From an uncultured delta proteobacterium (GTDB lineage Bacteria > Myxococcota_A > Polyangia > Palsa-1104): 64,000 bases of DNA. The stretch spans positions 128,001 to 192,000 of the forward strand of contig CAWAWS010000014.1 of the NCBI GenBank assembly GCA_963785725.1, written 5' to 3'. Below, in pieces: positions 33,936-47,063 of this stretch (the first letter of the stretch is position 1; every line of letters begins with the position of its first letter). A program made the translations under genes and the position numbers. Under the pieces are notes generated by a model. It saw only the letters and a program-made list of their open reading frames with translations, searched no databases and was not told the DNA's origin.

Positions 33936-35114
33936 ATGTCGCGTCTGCGTCTCATGACCGCCGGCGAGTCGCACGGCCCGTCGCTGGTGGCGATCTTGGA
34001 GGGGCTGCCGCACGGCTTGCACGTGCCGCGCGCCGCCATCGACGAGGATCTGCGCCGTCGCCAACAGGGTTATGGCCGCGGCGGGCGAATGAAGATCGAG
34101 ACCGACAAGGTCGACGTCTTGGCCGGCCTGCGCGGCGGCGTGACGTTGGGCGCGCCCTTGGCCATGGCCGTCCGCAACGCCGATCACGCCAACTGGCTCG
34201 ACGTGATGGATCCGTTTACGCCGCCGTCGGGCGAGCGTTCGAAGGCGCTGACGCGGCCGCGGCCGGGCCACGCCGACTTGGCGGGCTCGTTGAAGCTCGG
34301 GCTGCACGACGCGCGCGACGTGCTCGAGCGTTCGTCGGCGCGGTCGACGGCGGCGCGCGTCGCCGCCGGCGCCGTGTGCAAGCAGCTGTTGCGCGCCTGC
34401 GGCATCGAGACGTTGTGTCACGTCGTGCGCATCGCGGCGGCGACGGCGCCGATGTTGACGACGCGCGACGACGGCGAATTGCGCGCCGCGCGTGACCAGG
34501 CCGAGGCCTCGCCGGTGCGTGCCGTCGACGAGGCGGCCGGTCAAGCGATGGTGGCGCAGATTCAGGCGGCGCAAAAGGACGGCGACTCGGTCGGCGGCGT
34601 CGTCGAGGTCGTCGCGTGGGGCGTGCCGCCCGGCTTGGGCTCGCACGCCGAGTGGGATCAGCGCCTCGACGGTCGCATCGCCATGGCGCTCATGTCGATC
34701 CAGGCGATGAAGGGCGTCGAAGTCGGCATCGGCTTCGACGCGGCCGAGGCGCGCGGCTCGGCGGTGTTCGACCCGATCTTCCACGACGGCAAGCGCTTTA
34801 CGCGGCCGTCCAACCGCATGGGCGGGCTCGAAGGCGGCATCACCAATGGCGAGCCCCTCGTCGTGCGCGCGGCGATGAAGCCGATCCCGACGCTGGCGCG
34901 GCCGCTGCCGTCGGTCGATCTGGCGACGAAGGTGGCGTTCGACGCACAGAAAGAGCGCACCGATTCCTGCGCCGTGCCGGCGGCGGCGGTGGTGGCCGAA
35001 GCGGCGCTGGCGTTCGTCCTCGCCGACGCGCTGCTCGACAAGCTCGGCGGCGACACGATGACCGAGGTCCTGCGTAGCTTGAAGGAGTACCGTGCCGACC
35101 TCGACCACTACTAA
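33936..35114 (+). CDS. aroC: Chorismate synthase
   Basis: TAGESHG, RPRPGHAD, ERSSAR, GGLEGGITNG, MKPIPTL. Confidence 0.96.
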   Translation: MSRLRLMTAGESHGPSLVAILEGLPHGLHVPRAAIDEDLRRRQQGYGRGGRMKIETDKVDVLAGLRGGVTLGAPLAMAVRNADHANWLDVMDPFTPPSGERSKALTRPRPGHADLAGSLKLGLHDARDVLERSSARSTAARVAAGAVCKQLLRACGIETLCHVVRIAAATAPMLTTRDDGELRAARDQAEASPVRAVDEAAGQAMVAQIQAAQKDGDSVGGVVEVVAWGVPPGLGSHAEWDQRLDGRIAMALMSIQAMKGVEVGIGFDAAEARGSAVFDPIFHDGKRFTRPSNRMGGLEGGITNGEPLVVRAAMKPIPTLARPLPSVDLATKVAFDAQKERTDSCAVPAAAVVAEAALAFVLADALLDKLGGDTMTEVLRSLKEYRADLDHY

Positions 35115-35115
35115 G

Positions 35116-35631
35116 GTGTTGCGACCGATCTTCTTGATCGGCTTCATGGCGACGGGAAAGTCGACAGTGGGCCTCTTGCTCGCGGCCAAGCTGGAGCGCC
35201 GCTTCGTCGACTTGGACGCGGTGATCGAGGAGGAGGCGCACATGACCATCCCCGAGATCTTCTTCAACGAGCGCGAGGCGGGTTTTCGCGCGCGGGAGGC
35301 GGCGGCGCTGCGTCGCGTGGCCGCGCAAGGTCCGCAGGTCATCGCGGTCGGTGGCGGCGCGCCGGCGCACGGCGACAACATCGACTTCATGCTGCACGCC
35401 GGTCGGGTGGTGCGCCTCGATGCGTCCGTCGACGAGCTGGTGCGCCGGCTCGACGACGTGAACGCGACGGCGCGGCCGATGCTCGCCGGCAAAGACACGC
35501 GCACCGAAGTCGAGCGCCTGCTGGCCGAGCGCGAGCGGCATTACGCGCGCGCACATTTCACGATCGACACCGCCGGCGTCGTGCCGTCGCAGGTGGCGCG
35601 GCGCATCGCCGAGGAGCTCGAGCGGCTGTGA
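35116..35631 (+). CDS. aroK: Shikimate kinase
   Basis: GFMATGKST, DLD, FRARE, GGG, RPML. Confidence 0.93.
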   Translation: MLRPIFLIGFMATGKSTVGLLLAAKLERRFVDLDAVIEEEAHMTIPEIFFNEREAGFRAREAAALRRVAAQGPQVIAVGGGAPAHGDNIDFMLHAGRVVRLDASVDELVRRLDDVNATARPMLAGKDTRTEVERLLAERERHYARAHFTIDTAGVVPSQVARRIAEELERL

Positions 35632-36737
35632 TCACGCGCGTCGACGTGGCGCTGCCGGCACGCGCCGCAGATCGATCGTATGCGATCGTCGTCGATCCCG
35701 ACGCCGGCGCCGCCGAGCGCTGCGCCGAGGCCGTGTGCGCGCTCTTTCCCAGCGGCCGCTTCGGCATCGTCAGCGACGACACCGTCGCGAGGCTGTATCT
35801 GCCGCGCTGTGCCGACGCCTTGCGCGCGCGTGGCCGGCGCGTCGCCGCGGCGGTCGTGCCCGACGGCGAAGGCTCGAAGTCGTTCGCCACCGCCGAGGAA
35901 GTGTGCGAGTCGTTCGCGCGCGAAGGCCTCGACCGCGGCGCCGTCATCCTCGCGCTCGGCGGCGGCGTCGTCGGCGACTTGGGCGGCTTCGTGGCCTCGA
36001 TCTTCATGCGCGGTATCCCGTACGTGCAGCTGCCGACGACGCTCTTGGCGCAAGTCGACTCCTCGGTCGGCGGCAAAACGGGCGTGAACCTGGCGTCGGG
36101 TAAGAATTTGGCCGGCAGCTTCTGGCAGCCGCGGCTGGTCTACGCCGACGTGACGACGCTGGCGACGCTGTCGGAGCGCGATCGTGTGGCCGGGCTGGCC
36201 GAGGTCGCCAAGCACGCGCTCATCGCCGACGTCGAGCTGCTGACGCTGCTCGAGACGCGCGCCGGCGACGCCCGCGCCGGCGAGCCGACGCTGACGGCGG
36301 AGCTGGTGGCGCGCTCGTGCCGTATCAAAGCGGCTGTCGTCGGCGACGACGAATTCGAGACCACCGGCGCGCGCGCCCTCTTGAACTTCGGCCACACCGT
36401 CGGCCACGCGCTCGAGTCCGACTCGCACAAGGAGCACGAGCCGCTCCGTCACGGCGAGGCGGTGGCGCTCGGCATGATCGCGGCCGCGCGCATCGGCCAC
36501 GCGCTCGGCGGCGCCGATCTCGAGCCGCGCGTGACGGCGCTGTTGTCGGCGCTGGGGCTGCCGGTCGATCTCGATCGTCGCCTGTCGCCGGGCGCGCTGG
36601 CGCGTGTTGCCGTCGACAAGAAGCGCGGCGGCGAGCACATCGGCTTCATCGTCGTCGACAGGCCGGGCACGGCGCGCGTCACGCCGATCGCGCCGAGCCG
36701 CATCCACGAAATTTTGCTTGGACGAAAAACGCGATGA
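35628..36737 (+). CDS. aroB: 3-dehydroquinate synthase
   Basis: GGGVVGDLGG, PTTLLAQVDSSVGGKTG, LNFGHTVGHALE, HGEAV. Confidence 0.96.
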   Translation: MITRVDVALPARAADRSYAIVVDPDAGAAERCAEAVCALFPSGRFGIVSDDTVARLYLPRCADALRARGRRVAAAVVPDGEGSKSFATAEEVCESFAREGLDRGAVILALGGGVVGDLGGFVASIFMRGIPYVQLPTTLLAQVDSSVGGKTGVNLASGKNLAGSFWQPRLVYADVTTLATLSERDRVAGLAEVAKHALIADVELLTLLETRAGDARAGEPTLTAELVARSCRIKAAVVGDDEFETTGARALLNFGHTVGHALESDSHKEHEPLRHGEAVALGMIAAARIGHALGGADLEPRVTALLSALGLPVDLDRRLSPGALARVAVDKKRGGEHIGFIVVDRPGTARVTPIAPSRIHEILLGRKTR

Positions 36738-36762
36738 TACGATCGAATATGGAGGTAGGTGC

Positions 36763-37530
36763 ATGAGGTCAGCACTGCTCCTGTTGGCGCTCCTCGCCAG
36801 CGGCAGCGTCGTCGTCGGATGCGTGAACAACGATGCTTCGCTCTCGATCGAGCAGATGGAGGCGGTCACCGAGGCGACGGCTTGCGTGGCCACGGCGACC
36901 GTCGGTGTCGAGATCGCGCGCGGGCTCTTCGACGTCGCCGCCAGCAACCACATCCAGGGCTACATCGGCTTCCCGCTCGTGCGTAACAACGAGGTCTCAC
37001 GCATGTTGAGCAGCGGCGATCCCGAGCTCGACTCGATCCAGCTGCTCGGCGCCAACGTCTCGCTCACGTTCGCCAGCGCGACGGACGAGGCCAAAGTCCC
37101 GGTCGCCGATCGCAAGTTCTTCTGGGCTTCGGCGGGCGGTCGGCTCGATCCGGCGGCGCTGGCGCCGATGCCGATCGAAGTCGTGCCCAACAACATCGTC
37201 ACCGAGCTCGCCGTGGCGCCCGGCGCCTTCGTGTCGCTCACCGCCAAGATCCAGCCGGTCGGCATGCAGACGAGCGATCGCATCGTCGGCGGTCCCATCT
37301 ATTTTCCGGTCGATCTCTGCAACGGCTGCCTGACGAACGTCATCAGCGCCTGTCCGCTGCCGGCCGGCACCGTCGTCGTCGACACCTGCTACCCGGGCCA
37401 AGACGTGCTGGCGACGTGCTGCCAAGCCTCGGCCTCGCAGCTCTTGTGCGGCTCCTTGGCTCCGATCCAAACGGCGACGATGTCGACGCTGCCGCCGGGC
37501 GCGCACGAAGAAGAAGTCAGCCAGCCGTAG
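36763..37530 (+). CDS. Conserved-looking myxobacterial lipoprotein with C-terminal Cys cluster
   Basis: GGAGG RBS, VVGC lipobox, FPVDLCNGCL...C..GQD...CC. Confidence 0.7.
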   Translation: MRSALLLLALLASGSVVVGCVNNDASLSIEQMEAVTEATACVATATVGVEIARGLFDVAASNHIQGYIGFPLVRNNEVSRMLSSGDPELDSIQLLGANVSLTFASATDEAKVPVADRKFFWASAGGRLDPAALAPMPIEVVPNNIVTELAVAPGAFVSLTAKIQPVGMQTSDRIVGGPIYFPVDLCNGCLTNVISACPLPAGTVVVDTCYPGQDVLATCCQASASQLLCGSLAPIQTATMSTLPPGAHEEEVSQP

Positions 37531-37635
37531 CCGTTTCTGACGCGCTGCGCGCCCAGTCATTTGTAAGACCCGTCGACAAACTCCGAGCGGCAACGTTTGA
37601 CTCCCGCTGCTCGACTCGATACAACCGGGGGACCG

Positions 37636-37995
37636 ATGTTCCAGGAGAACCTCAAGCGGCTGGTTGCGGAGACCGAAGGCGGCGTGGCCGGCCTGCTCAT
37701 GGGCTTCGACGGCATCGCGGTCGACAGCTACTCGGCGCCCAACGGCGGCATCGACATCCAGACCGTCGGCATGGAGTTCAGCTTCATCTGCGGCCAGGTG
37801 CGCAAAGCAGCCGAGATCCTCGAAGTGGGCGGCGTGCAGGAGATCGCCATCCGCTGCGCGCAGCTGACGATCCTCATCCGCGTGATCAGCGTCGAGTATT
37901 TCGTGGCGCTCGCGCTTCGCCCCGACGGTAACTTCGGCAAAGGGCGCTACCTGCTGCGGGTCGTCGCGCCCAAGCTGCAGGCGGAAATCGCCTAA
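37636..37995 (+). CDS. mglC: Roadblock/LC7 polarity protein MglC
   Basis: MGFDGI and [17 protein letters not shown] closely match M. xanthus MglC as recalled; located downstream of pilQ. Confidence 0.85.
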   Translation: MFQENLKRLVAETEGGVAGLLMGFDGIAVDSYSAPNGGIDIQTVGMEFSFICGQVRKAAEILEVGGVQEIAIRCAQLTILIRVISVEYFVALALRPDGNFGKGRYLLRVVAPKLQAEIA

Positions 37996-38004
37996 GCAGC
38001 GGAT

Positions 38005-38468
38005 ATGGACTCGGCCCCGCACGTCATGGTGCTGCACGGGCCCAACCTGAATTTGCTGGGCGCGCGCGAGCCGCGAATTTACGGCGCGACCACGTTGCCC
38101 GAGATCGATCGGCTGCTGGCGGAAGCGGCGCAGGCGCGCGGCGCGACCGTCGAGTGTCACCAGTCGAACATCGAAGGCGTGCTCATCGATTACATCCAAG
38201 CGGCGGGCAAGACAGCGCACGCCATCGTCATCAACCCGGCGGCGTATACGCATACGTCGGTGGCGATCGCCGACGCGTTGCGCGCGGTGAAGCTGCCGGC
38301 CGTCGAGGTTCACCTGTCGAACGTGCACGCGCGCGAGGACTATCGGCGACAATCGTTCGTCGCCGCCGCCTGCGTCGGCACCATCGGCGGCTTCGGCGCG
38401 CGCAGCTACACGCTCGCGCTCGAGGCCGTGCTCGACCTCCTCCAGGCAAACACGGTAAAGAGAAACCC

Positions 38469-38472
<4 letters not shown>
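38005..38472 (+). CDS. aroQ: Type II 3-dehydroquinate dehydratase
   Basis: [38 protein letters not shown]. Confidence 0.96.
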
Positions 38473-39032
<560 letters not shown>

Positions 39033-39039
39033 TCGGCCC

Positions 39040-40395
<1,356 letters not shown>

Positions 40396-40462
40396 CCGGT
40401 TTGATTGCGCCTCGTAAAATTTGAGTGTCCGTCTTCAGTTAAAGGAGTCGGCGCGGAGCCAG

Positions 40463-43400
40463 GTGGCGACGAATAAAGACAAGCTGATTGCTGGAGCTCA
40501 GAAGCTGGTTGAAAAGAACCAGTTCGAGAAGGCGATCAAAGAATATTTAAAGGTCGTCGCCGAGGACGACAAAGACGTTCCGGATCTGGCTCAAGATCGG
40601 CGATCTCTACGCCAAGCTCGGCAAAAAGAGCGAGGCGGCGGAGACCTATTCCAAAGTCGCGCAGTTCTATAGCGACCAAGGCTTTTACCTAAAAGCCGTC
40701 GCTGTTTATAAGCAGATCCTCAAGATCGAGCCGCGGCTCGTCGACGTGAACCAGAAGCTGGCCGAGCTGTACAAGCAGCTCGGTCTCTTGTCGGACGCGA
40801 TGCAGCAGTACGAAGCCGTGGCGGCGTTTTATCATCGCGAAGGCAAGACGCGCGAAGCGCTGGCCGCGCTCAAGCAGATCGTCGAGCTCGATCCGGAGAC
40901 GGTCGCCAATCGCATCAAATTGGCGGAGCTGTACTCGAAAGAGCAGATGGCGCGTGAGGCCATCGACGAATTCTCGAAGGCCGCCGAGCAGCTGCGGCAG
41001 GCGGGGCGCGTCGACGATTTCATGAAGGTCGCCGAGCGTCTGCTGTTCCATTCGCCGGACAATCGGCCGGTCACCAAGGAGCTGGCCGGGCTGTACATCG
41101 AGAAGGGCGATCCGCGGCGCGCGCTGCCGAAGCTGCAGATCTGCTTCAAGGCCGATCCGCGCGATACCGAAGTGTTGTCGCTGCTGGCGCGCGCGTTCGA
41201 GGCGCTCGATCAGCGGCAAAAGTCGGTCAGCGTGCTGAAAGAGCTGGCGCGCATTTTGGGCGAGAACGGCGACAATCGCGCGCGCGACGCCACGTGGCGC
41301 AAGATCATGCAGCTGGCGCCGGGCGATCCCGACGCCGAGGCGGCGTTGTCGAGCGCCGGTCGGGCGCGCTCGCAGCCGGCGATCGAGACGGCCGCGCCCG
41401 CGCCGCCGCCACCGGCGCGCAATGCGACGGGCAGCGCCGTCGCCATCGGGCGCATCGCGCCAACGAACGCGACGGGCGGACGGCCGGTGCAGATGAGCGC
41501 GTCGGGCCGCGTGCAAGCCTTGCGCGACGAGCCGCCGGCGCCCGAGCCGAACGCGCCCAAAGCGCGCACGTGGGACGGGCCGACCGTCGGCCGCGGTGAG
41601 CGCGAGCGCGATCGCGGCGACAACAGCAAAGGCTTCGAAGTCCCCGACGACTCGATGCGCAATGCCGCCGGCGCCGAAGAGGAGATCGCGCGCATCCTCA
41701 ACGAGACCGACGTCTACATCAAATACAACCTGCACGCCAAAGCCATCGAGCATTTGCAGCGCGCGTTCGAGCGTAATCCGCGGCATATCGGCGCGCGCGA
41801 GAAGCTGAAGGCGCTCTTCCTCATCCTCGGCAAGAAGGACGAGGCGGTGCTGGAGCTGTGGTCGCTCGTCGAGAGCGCCGAGCCCGGCCGCAAGCGGCGT
41901 TATCTGCGCGAAATTCTCGAGATCGATCCCGGCAACGCGCGCGCGTCCGGCGAGCTCGGCGAGAAGGTGCAGCCGTCGGTGGGCGCGCTCACGTCGAGCC
42001 TCGACGATCGCGACTACTCGGCGCCGGTGCAGCGCGATCCCGAAGGCACGGGCTCGGAGATGCTCGACGTCGACGATCTGGAGGAGCTGGACGACGACGA
42101 TTCGGCTTCGCCGCCCGATTCGTCGCCGAGCCTGTTCGCCGACGCCTTCGCCGCGGACGAGGCCGAGCGGCGCGGGCATGGCCAAGCGGCCGATCGCCGT
42201 CGCGGCGCGCCCATCGAGATCGAAGACAGCGAAGACGACGAGCTGATTCCCGTCGTCGTCGAGCAGGAGCGCGAGCCGGAAGAGGCGAGCGGCGACGAGG
42301 TCGAAGATCGCTTCGGCTTCGATCATGACGAGGAGCCGGTCGAAGACCGCTTCGGCTTCGACGACAAAGCTGACGAGTCGACGCTGCCGCCGAGCTTTGC
42401 CGAGACGGCGCTGACCGAGGAAGAAGACACCGATACCGCCGCGGGCGAGCCGGAGCGACAGCCGGAACCGGTGCCGCCGTCGCCGCCGCAGCGCGCCCGC
42501 CGCGATTCGTCGGTCGGCCGCGAGCCGGCGCCGCCGCAGCGCGCGCGTCGCGACTCGTCGGTCGGCCGCGAGCCGGCGCACGCCGCGGCGCGACCGCCGG
42601 CGCGCGAGCCGTCGCAGCCGGCCGCGCGACCGCCGTCGAAGAAGCGCAACGCCGCCGAGGAAGAGCTCGACGCCGACGTGCACACGCGCTTCGACGATCA
42701 GCCGCTGAAGTTCGATCACGCGGCGCTGTTCGGCAATCACAGCCACAGCGACGAGGTCGACGAAGCCGATCTGCCGCCGATGTCGTCGATCCCGGGCGGC
42801 ACGCGCACGCAGCAGGCGCCGAAGCTGGACGAGTTCGAGGACGACGATCTGGCGTCGCCGAACAATCGACCGATCACGCGCACGCAGCAGACGCCGGCCG
42901 GCCTGCTCGACGGCGGCGAATCCGGTCCTGTCGGCACGACGCTCGAGGACGAGCTCGACGAAGCCGACTTCTTCGTGCAGCAGAACCTGTTCGACGAGGC
43001 GCGCGTCATCCTCGAGAACCTGCTCAGCAAGCATCCCGGCCATCCGCTGGTGACGGCGAAGCTGCGCGACTTGGAGGCGATGGAGCGCGCGGCGGCGTCG
43101 GCGGCGCACGATCCGTCCGAGGCGCACGAGACGCGGCCGGGCATGTCGGCCGAGATGGACGCCGATTTACCCGACGATCTGCCGGGCGACGTCAACGCGA
43201 CGGCCACGGTCGGCGATCCCGCGGCCGCCTTCGAGATGACGCGCAAAGGCGTCATCGAAAAGGGAGTAACCGCAGAAGACTTCGAAACCCATTATGATTT
43301 GGGTATCGCGTACAAAGAAATGGGTTTGTTGGACGACGCGGTAAACGAGTTTCGCATCGTCATGAAAGACCCGGCGCGCGAGGTGCAATGCCACCTCATG

Positions 43401-43721
43401 ATCGGCCTCTGCTACCTCGAAAAGGGGCTGCAGACCGACGCCATCGGGCAGTTCAAGAAGGGGCTGTACGTCGAGGGCATCACCGAGCGCGAGGCGCTGT
43501 CGATGTACTTCGAGCTCGGGCAGGCGTACGAGCGGCTGACCGATCCGCGCGAGGCGCTCTACTATTACGAGAAGGTCATCAAGCGCGATCCGAACTTCCG
43601 CGACGTCGAGAAGCGCGTGGAAGCGCTGCGCGGCGGCGCGGCGGTCACGCCGTCCTTGCCGCAGGGCAACAGCGACGACGTCGACGCCGCGTTCGATACG
43701 CTGCTCGGCAAAGATCTGTAG
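40463..43721 (+). CDS. sgmX: Multi-TPR type IV pilus activator SgmX-like (+1 frameshift at ~40580)
   Basis: N-terminal NKDKLIAGAQKLV...KAIKEY; removing one C gives DVRIWLKIGDLY; C-terminal ETHYDLGIAYKEMGLLDDA TPRs; follows accBC. Confidence 0.8.
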
Positions 43722-43848
43722 CGCCGTAGACCGTAGCTGTAGCCGGTAGATCGACCCGTAACGGCCCGATTTGCGTCATCGTTCGCCCCGTCGCGGCGAC
43801 GATCGCCACAGGTTGACTTCGCTCGTCGCGGCTTAAGTCATTCCTACG

Positions 43849-44322
43849 ATGAAGAGACGTAGCGGTTGGATGGCGCTGGTCGGTTTTGCCGGCGCAGTAG
43901 CGGCCACAGCCCTCATCGGCGCGCGGGTCAATCGGCGCAACAAGCGCTGGTATCGGCGCCTGCAGAAGCCGAGCTTCAGCCCGCCCGAGTGGCTGTTCGC
44001 GCCCGTGTGGACGGCGTTGTATGCGCTCATGGTGGCGTCGGCCTATCGCGTGTGGCAGCAGCCGGAGTCGCCGGCGCGCACGCGGGCTTTGGCGCTGTGG
44101 GGTGGTCAGCTGGCGGCGAACGCCGCGTGGACGCCGCTGTTCTTCGAGGCGCGCCGGCCGGACGCGGCACTCGTCGACGTCGGGCTGCTCGTGGCCGGCC
44201 TCGGCGCCTACGTCAACGAGGCGCGCAAGATCGATCCGCAAGCGGCGTGGCTGATGGCGCCTTATGCCGCGTGGTCGCTCTTTGCCACCGCGCTCAACGA
44301 AGAGATCGTGCGCCGTAATTAG
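43849..44322 (+). CDS. tspO: TspO/MBR sensory protein
   Basis: WYRRLQKPSFSPPEWLFAPVWTALY, NAAWTPLFF, PYAAWSLFATALN. Confidence 0.93.
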   Translation: MKRRSGWMALVGFAGAVAATALIGARVNRRNKRWYRRLQKPSFSPPEWLFAPVWTALYALMVASAYRVWQQPESPARTRALALWGGQLAANAAWTPLFFEARRPDAALVDVGLLVAGLGAYVNEARKIDPQAAWLMAPYAAWSLFATALNEEIVRRN

Positions 44323-44476
44323 CCGTTTCCGGTCGGTAATCGACGGCGGGCTCGGCGCTGAGCGTGTGTGCTTTGGCCGCTCGCTCGATGTCGCGCAGGG
44401 TCATCGCCATCACGCGGTCGCGCCACGGCAGATACGGCAGCACGCGAAGGTTCACGTTGCGGAACCAGGTAGCGCA
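44294..44476 (-). pseudogene. C-terminal remnant of an FAD-dependent monooxygenase
   Basis: TWFRNVNLRVLPYLPWRDRV...IERAAKAHTL...DY resembles the C-terminus of FAD_binding_3 oxidoreductases; no N-terminus present. Confidence 0.45.
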
Positions 44477-44588
44477 CGCGCTCGACGAGGATTCGATGTT
44501 CGAGTTCGGCTTGGCGCGGCTGCTCGACGGGATCGCCGCGCTGATCGGGCCCACGAAGCGGCGCGGCAAGCGGCGCCAGCGATCGTGA
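44477..44588 (+). pseudogene. C-terminal remnant of a TetR-family regulator
   Basis: LDEDSMFEFGLARLLDGIAALI is the TetR_C terminal helix pattern; no HTH upstream. Confidence 0.6.
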
Positions 44589-44601
44589 GGCGCCGGTCGT
44601 T

Positions 44602-44637
44602 CCACGGCCACGGCCACGGCCACGGCCACGGCCACGG
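44602..44637. repeat. (CCACGG)6 microsatellite
   Basis: Six perfect copies. Confidence 0.95.
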
Positions 44638-44657
44638 CGCGCGAACGCTCACGGCGA

Positions 44658-45257
44658 CTATGGATTGAGCAGGCGCACCGTCCAGCTGCCGTCGTCGTTG
44701 CGCGAGAAGAGCTCGCGTTCGTGCAGGCGATCTTCGCGATTGCGCCACAGCTCGACGGCGATCGGCGTCAAACGATAGCCGGACCAATGCGGCGGACGCG
44801 GCACCGGCCGACCCTCGTAGCGGCGCGTGACTTCGGCCAGGCGCGCTTCCAGCTCGGCGCGCGAATTCAACGTCGCGCTCTGGTCCGACGCCCACGCGCC
44901 CAGCTGCGAACCGCGCGCGCGCGACGCGAAGTAGGCGTCGGCTTCGGCATCGGTGACGGGCGCGACGTCGCCTTCGAAGCGCACCTGCCAGCCGATGTGC
45001 GGCCACCAGAAGTCGAGCGCGGCGTGCCGGTTGGCGGCGAGCTCCCGGCCCTTACGCGAGCGCGTGTTGGTGTAAAAGACGAGGCCGCCGCCGTCGACGC
45101 CCTTCAAGAGCACGATGCGCGCCGATGGGCGGCCGTCGGCGCCGACGGTGGCCAGCGTCATGGCGGTGACGTCGGGGTGGCCGGGCGTCGCTTTGGCCGT
45201 ATCGAAGAGCGCGACGAAGCGCGCCAGCGGATCGGGTGCGGCGGAGTCTGCGGACAT
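44658..45257 (-). CDS. pdxH: Pyridoxamine 5'-phosphate oxidase
   Basis: MTLATV, PSARIVLLK, FYTNTRSRKG, SQLGAWASDQS, PPHWSGY, RLHER. Confidence 0.95.
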   Translation of the reverse strand: MSADSAAPDPLARFVALFDTAKATPGHPDVTAMTLATVGADGRPSARIVLLKGVDGGGLVFYTNTRSRKGRELAANRHAALDFWWPHIGWQVRFEGDVAPVTDAEADAYFASRARGSQLGAWASDQSATLNSRAELEARLAEVTRRYEGRPVPRPPHWSGYRLTPIAVELWRNREDRLHERELFSRNDDGSWTVRLLNP

Positions 45258-45359
45258 GACCGCGAGTGTAACGCCTGCCGACGCCGGCGCTACCGACGTC
45301 GCGCGCGGACGATGCGGCCGACGATCGCGCGCGGCGCGAGGAACGGTTTGGCGCTGGCG

Positions 45360-47063
45360 TTACGGCTTTGGCGGCGGGGAGGCGTTGGGCGCGGCGATCG
45401 CCGGCATGTCGCCCGTCGCCGGCGCGCTCGGCTTGGGCGCGCCACCGGCGGTGTCGGCCTGCTGCGCGGACTGAGCGGCGGCGGCGGCGCGCGCGGCGTC
45501 GGCCTCTTCCAGCCGCTGCGCCTCGAGCGAGCGGTCGGGCGGACCGATGGGACGATCTTGGCGGAACTGCTTCTTCATGTGCGAGTTGCGCGTCACGACA
45601 TAGGGCGACTGCAAGAGATCGAGCGGACGCAGGCCCGTCCAGCCCGGCGGCAACGGCGGCTCGACCCATTCGAACACGTGCTTGGCGTCGAGCGGCGCCA
45701 CGTTGACACAGCCGTGCGACTTCACGACGCCGAAACGATCGTGCCAATAGGCGCCGTGAATCGCGTTGTGCCACTGGAAGAACGTCGACCACGGCACTTT
45801 ATTGACGAAATATTCCTTATCTTCGTAGGGCTGATTCTTCATCGTGATCGCCGAAACCTTGGCCCACACGGGATAGGTGCCCATCGGCGTCGGGAAGGCG
45901 CGGCCCGACGACACCAGCGTCGCGAACGTCGGCTTGTCGTCTTCGTAGGTGACCAGCACCTGCTCGCCCAAGTCGATGTCGATCCACTTCTTGATCGTCG
46001 CCGGCACCGTCGTGGGATGCGGCAGGAGGCGCACTTCGTTGAGCGAATCGGCGGCGATCCAGGCTTCGGGCAGGCTGGCGATCGGATTGTCGGGCGAAGG
46101 CGGCGCGGGCGCGGCCGCGGCGTCGGCAGTGACTTCGGCGGCCGGCTTCTTCTTTAGATTTTCTTGCATGATGTTGCCGAACGTCGGTGGCGGCGGCGGA
46201 TCGGCGAACGTCACCTTGAGCCACTTCTTCTTGCCGACGACGCGCTCGTCGACGATGTTGACGCGCGTGCGCCGCTCGAGCTGCGCCGCGGCCGCGCCCG
46301 GTTTGCCCTCGGGCGGCGCCGCGTAGATGTTGGCTTTGTCGGGCGTGACCCAGCCGAACGGCAACGTCACCTTGTCGTTGACGTCGATGCCGTGCCACTC
46401 GGCGCCGCCGCCCATCATGCCGGCGCCCTTCTGCGGAATGACCTTGCCGTCGACGTTGATCCAATATTTCTGGCCGTCCCAGGTGTACGGCTTGTCGACG
46501 GCGGTGGTGTCGCCGCGCTCGAGCATGCGCTCGGGCGTCGCGCCCGCTTTCATGTCGTCGAGCGAGGCCCACATCGGCACTTTGTCGCCCTCTTTGACCA
46601 GCTCCATGACGTACGTGAACGGCAGGCGCGTGCCCTCTTTGATCTTGAGGAGCTGCTCCGTCGACGCCGGCTGATCGGTCGGATGGCCGTCGTGGCCGCA
46701 CAAGTAGCCGAACGGCTCGAGCGCATACCACACGCGCGACGAACAGCCGCCGCGCGACGACTTGACGACGCCCTTCACCGTCAGGCGCGCGCCGTGGATC
46801 GCGTTGCCCACCATCGGCGACGACCACGGGCGGATCTCGATGACCGCTTCGGGCGTCGTCACCTCCACGACTTTGACGTCGGACGGCTCGAGCGGCGGCT
46901 CCGGCAAGAGCTTCGGCGGCTCGTAGGGCTTGATGTCGTCCGCCTTGAGCGGCACGCCGGGAATGACGTGGATCGGATGCGGCACCCACGGCTTGGCCGA
47001 GGCGGCCGTCGGTGGCAGCGTCATCAGGAGGAGCGGCAGAAGCAGGCGGCGGGCGGATCGCAT
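45360..47063 (-). CDS. Exported L,D-transpeptidase (YkuD)
   Basis: Signal peptide; WIDIDLGEQ, VSSG, TPMG, AIHGAYWH...SHGCVN. Confidence 0.9.
   Translation of the reverse strand: MRSARRLLLPLLLMTLPPTAASAKPWVPHPIHVIPGVPLKADDIKPYEPPKLLPEPPLEPSDVKVVEVTTPEAVIEIRPWSSPMVGNAIHGARLTVKGVVKSSRGGCSSRVWYALEPFGYLCGHDGHPTDQPASTEQLLKIKEGTRLPFTYVMELVKEGDKVPMWASLDDMKAGATPERMLERGDTTAVDKPYTWDGQKYWINVDGKVIPQKGAGMMGGGAEWHGIDVNDKVTLPFGWVTPDKANIYAAPPEGKPGAAAAQLERRTRVNIVDERVVGKKKWLKVTFADPPPPPTFGNIMQENLKKKPAAEVTADAAAAPAPPSPDNPIASLPEAWIAADSLNEVRLLPHPTTVPATIKKWIDIDLGEQVLVTYEDDKPTFATLVSSGRAFPTPMGTYPVWAKVSAITMKNQPYEDKEYFVNKVPWSTFFQWHNAIHGAYWHDRFGVVKSHGCVNVAPLDAKHVFEWVEPPLPPGWTGLRPLDLLQSPYVVTRNSHMKKQFRQDRPIGPPDRSLEAQRLEEADAARAAAAAQSAQQADTAGGAPKPSAPATGDMPAIAAPNASPPPKP

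Noticed and set aside
29515..35504. Very long antisense or alternate-frame ORFs (e.g. 29515..32862, 32784..35504; also 7236..9659, 40689..43127)
   Set aside because: Shadow ORFs from high GC3 bias opposite recognisable genes; Arg-rich and motif-free
42300..42580. Internal repeats in sgmX (EDRFGFD twice; PPQRARRDSSVGREPA twice)
   Set aside because: Ordinary duplications in a disordered linker
43718..43765. Repeated GTAG tetramers as REP elements
   Set aside because: No following palindromic stem; too short to support
44602..44637. (CCACGG)6 as a phase-variation switch or His-Gly peptide
   Set aside because: Lies downstream of convergent 3' ends, outside any credible CDS or promoter
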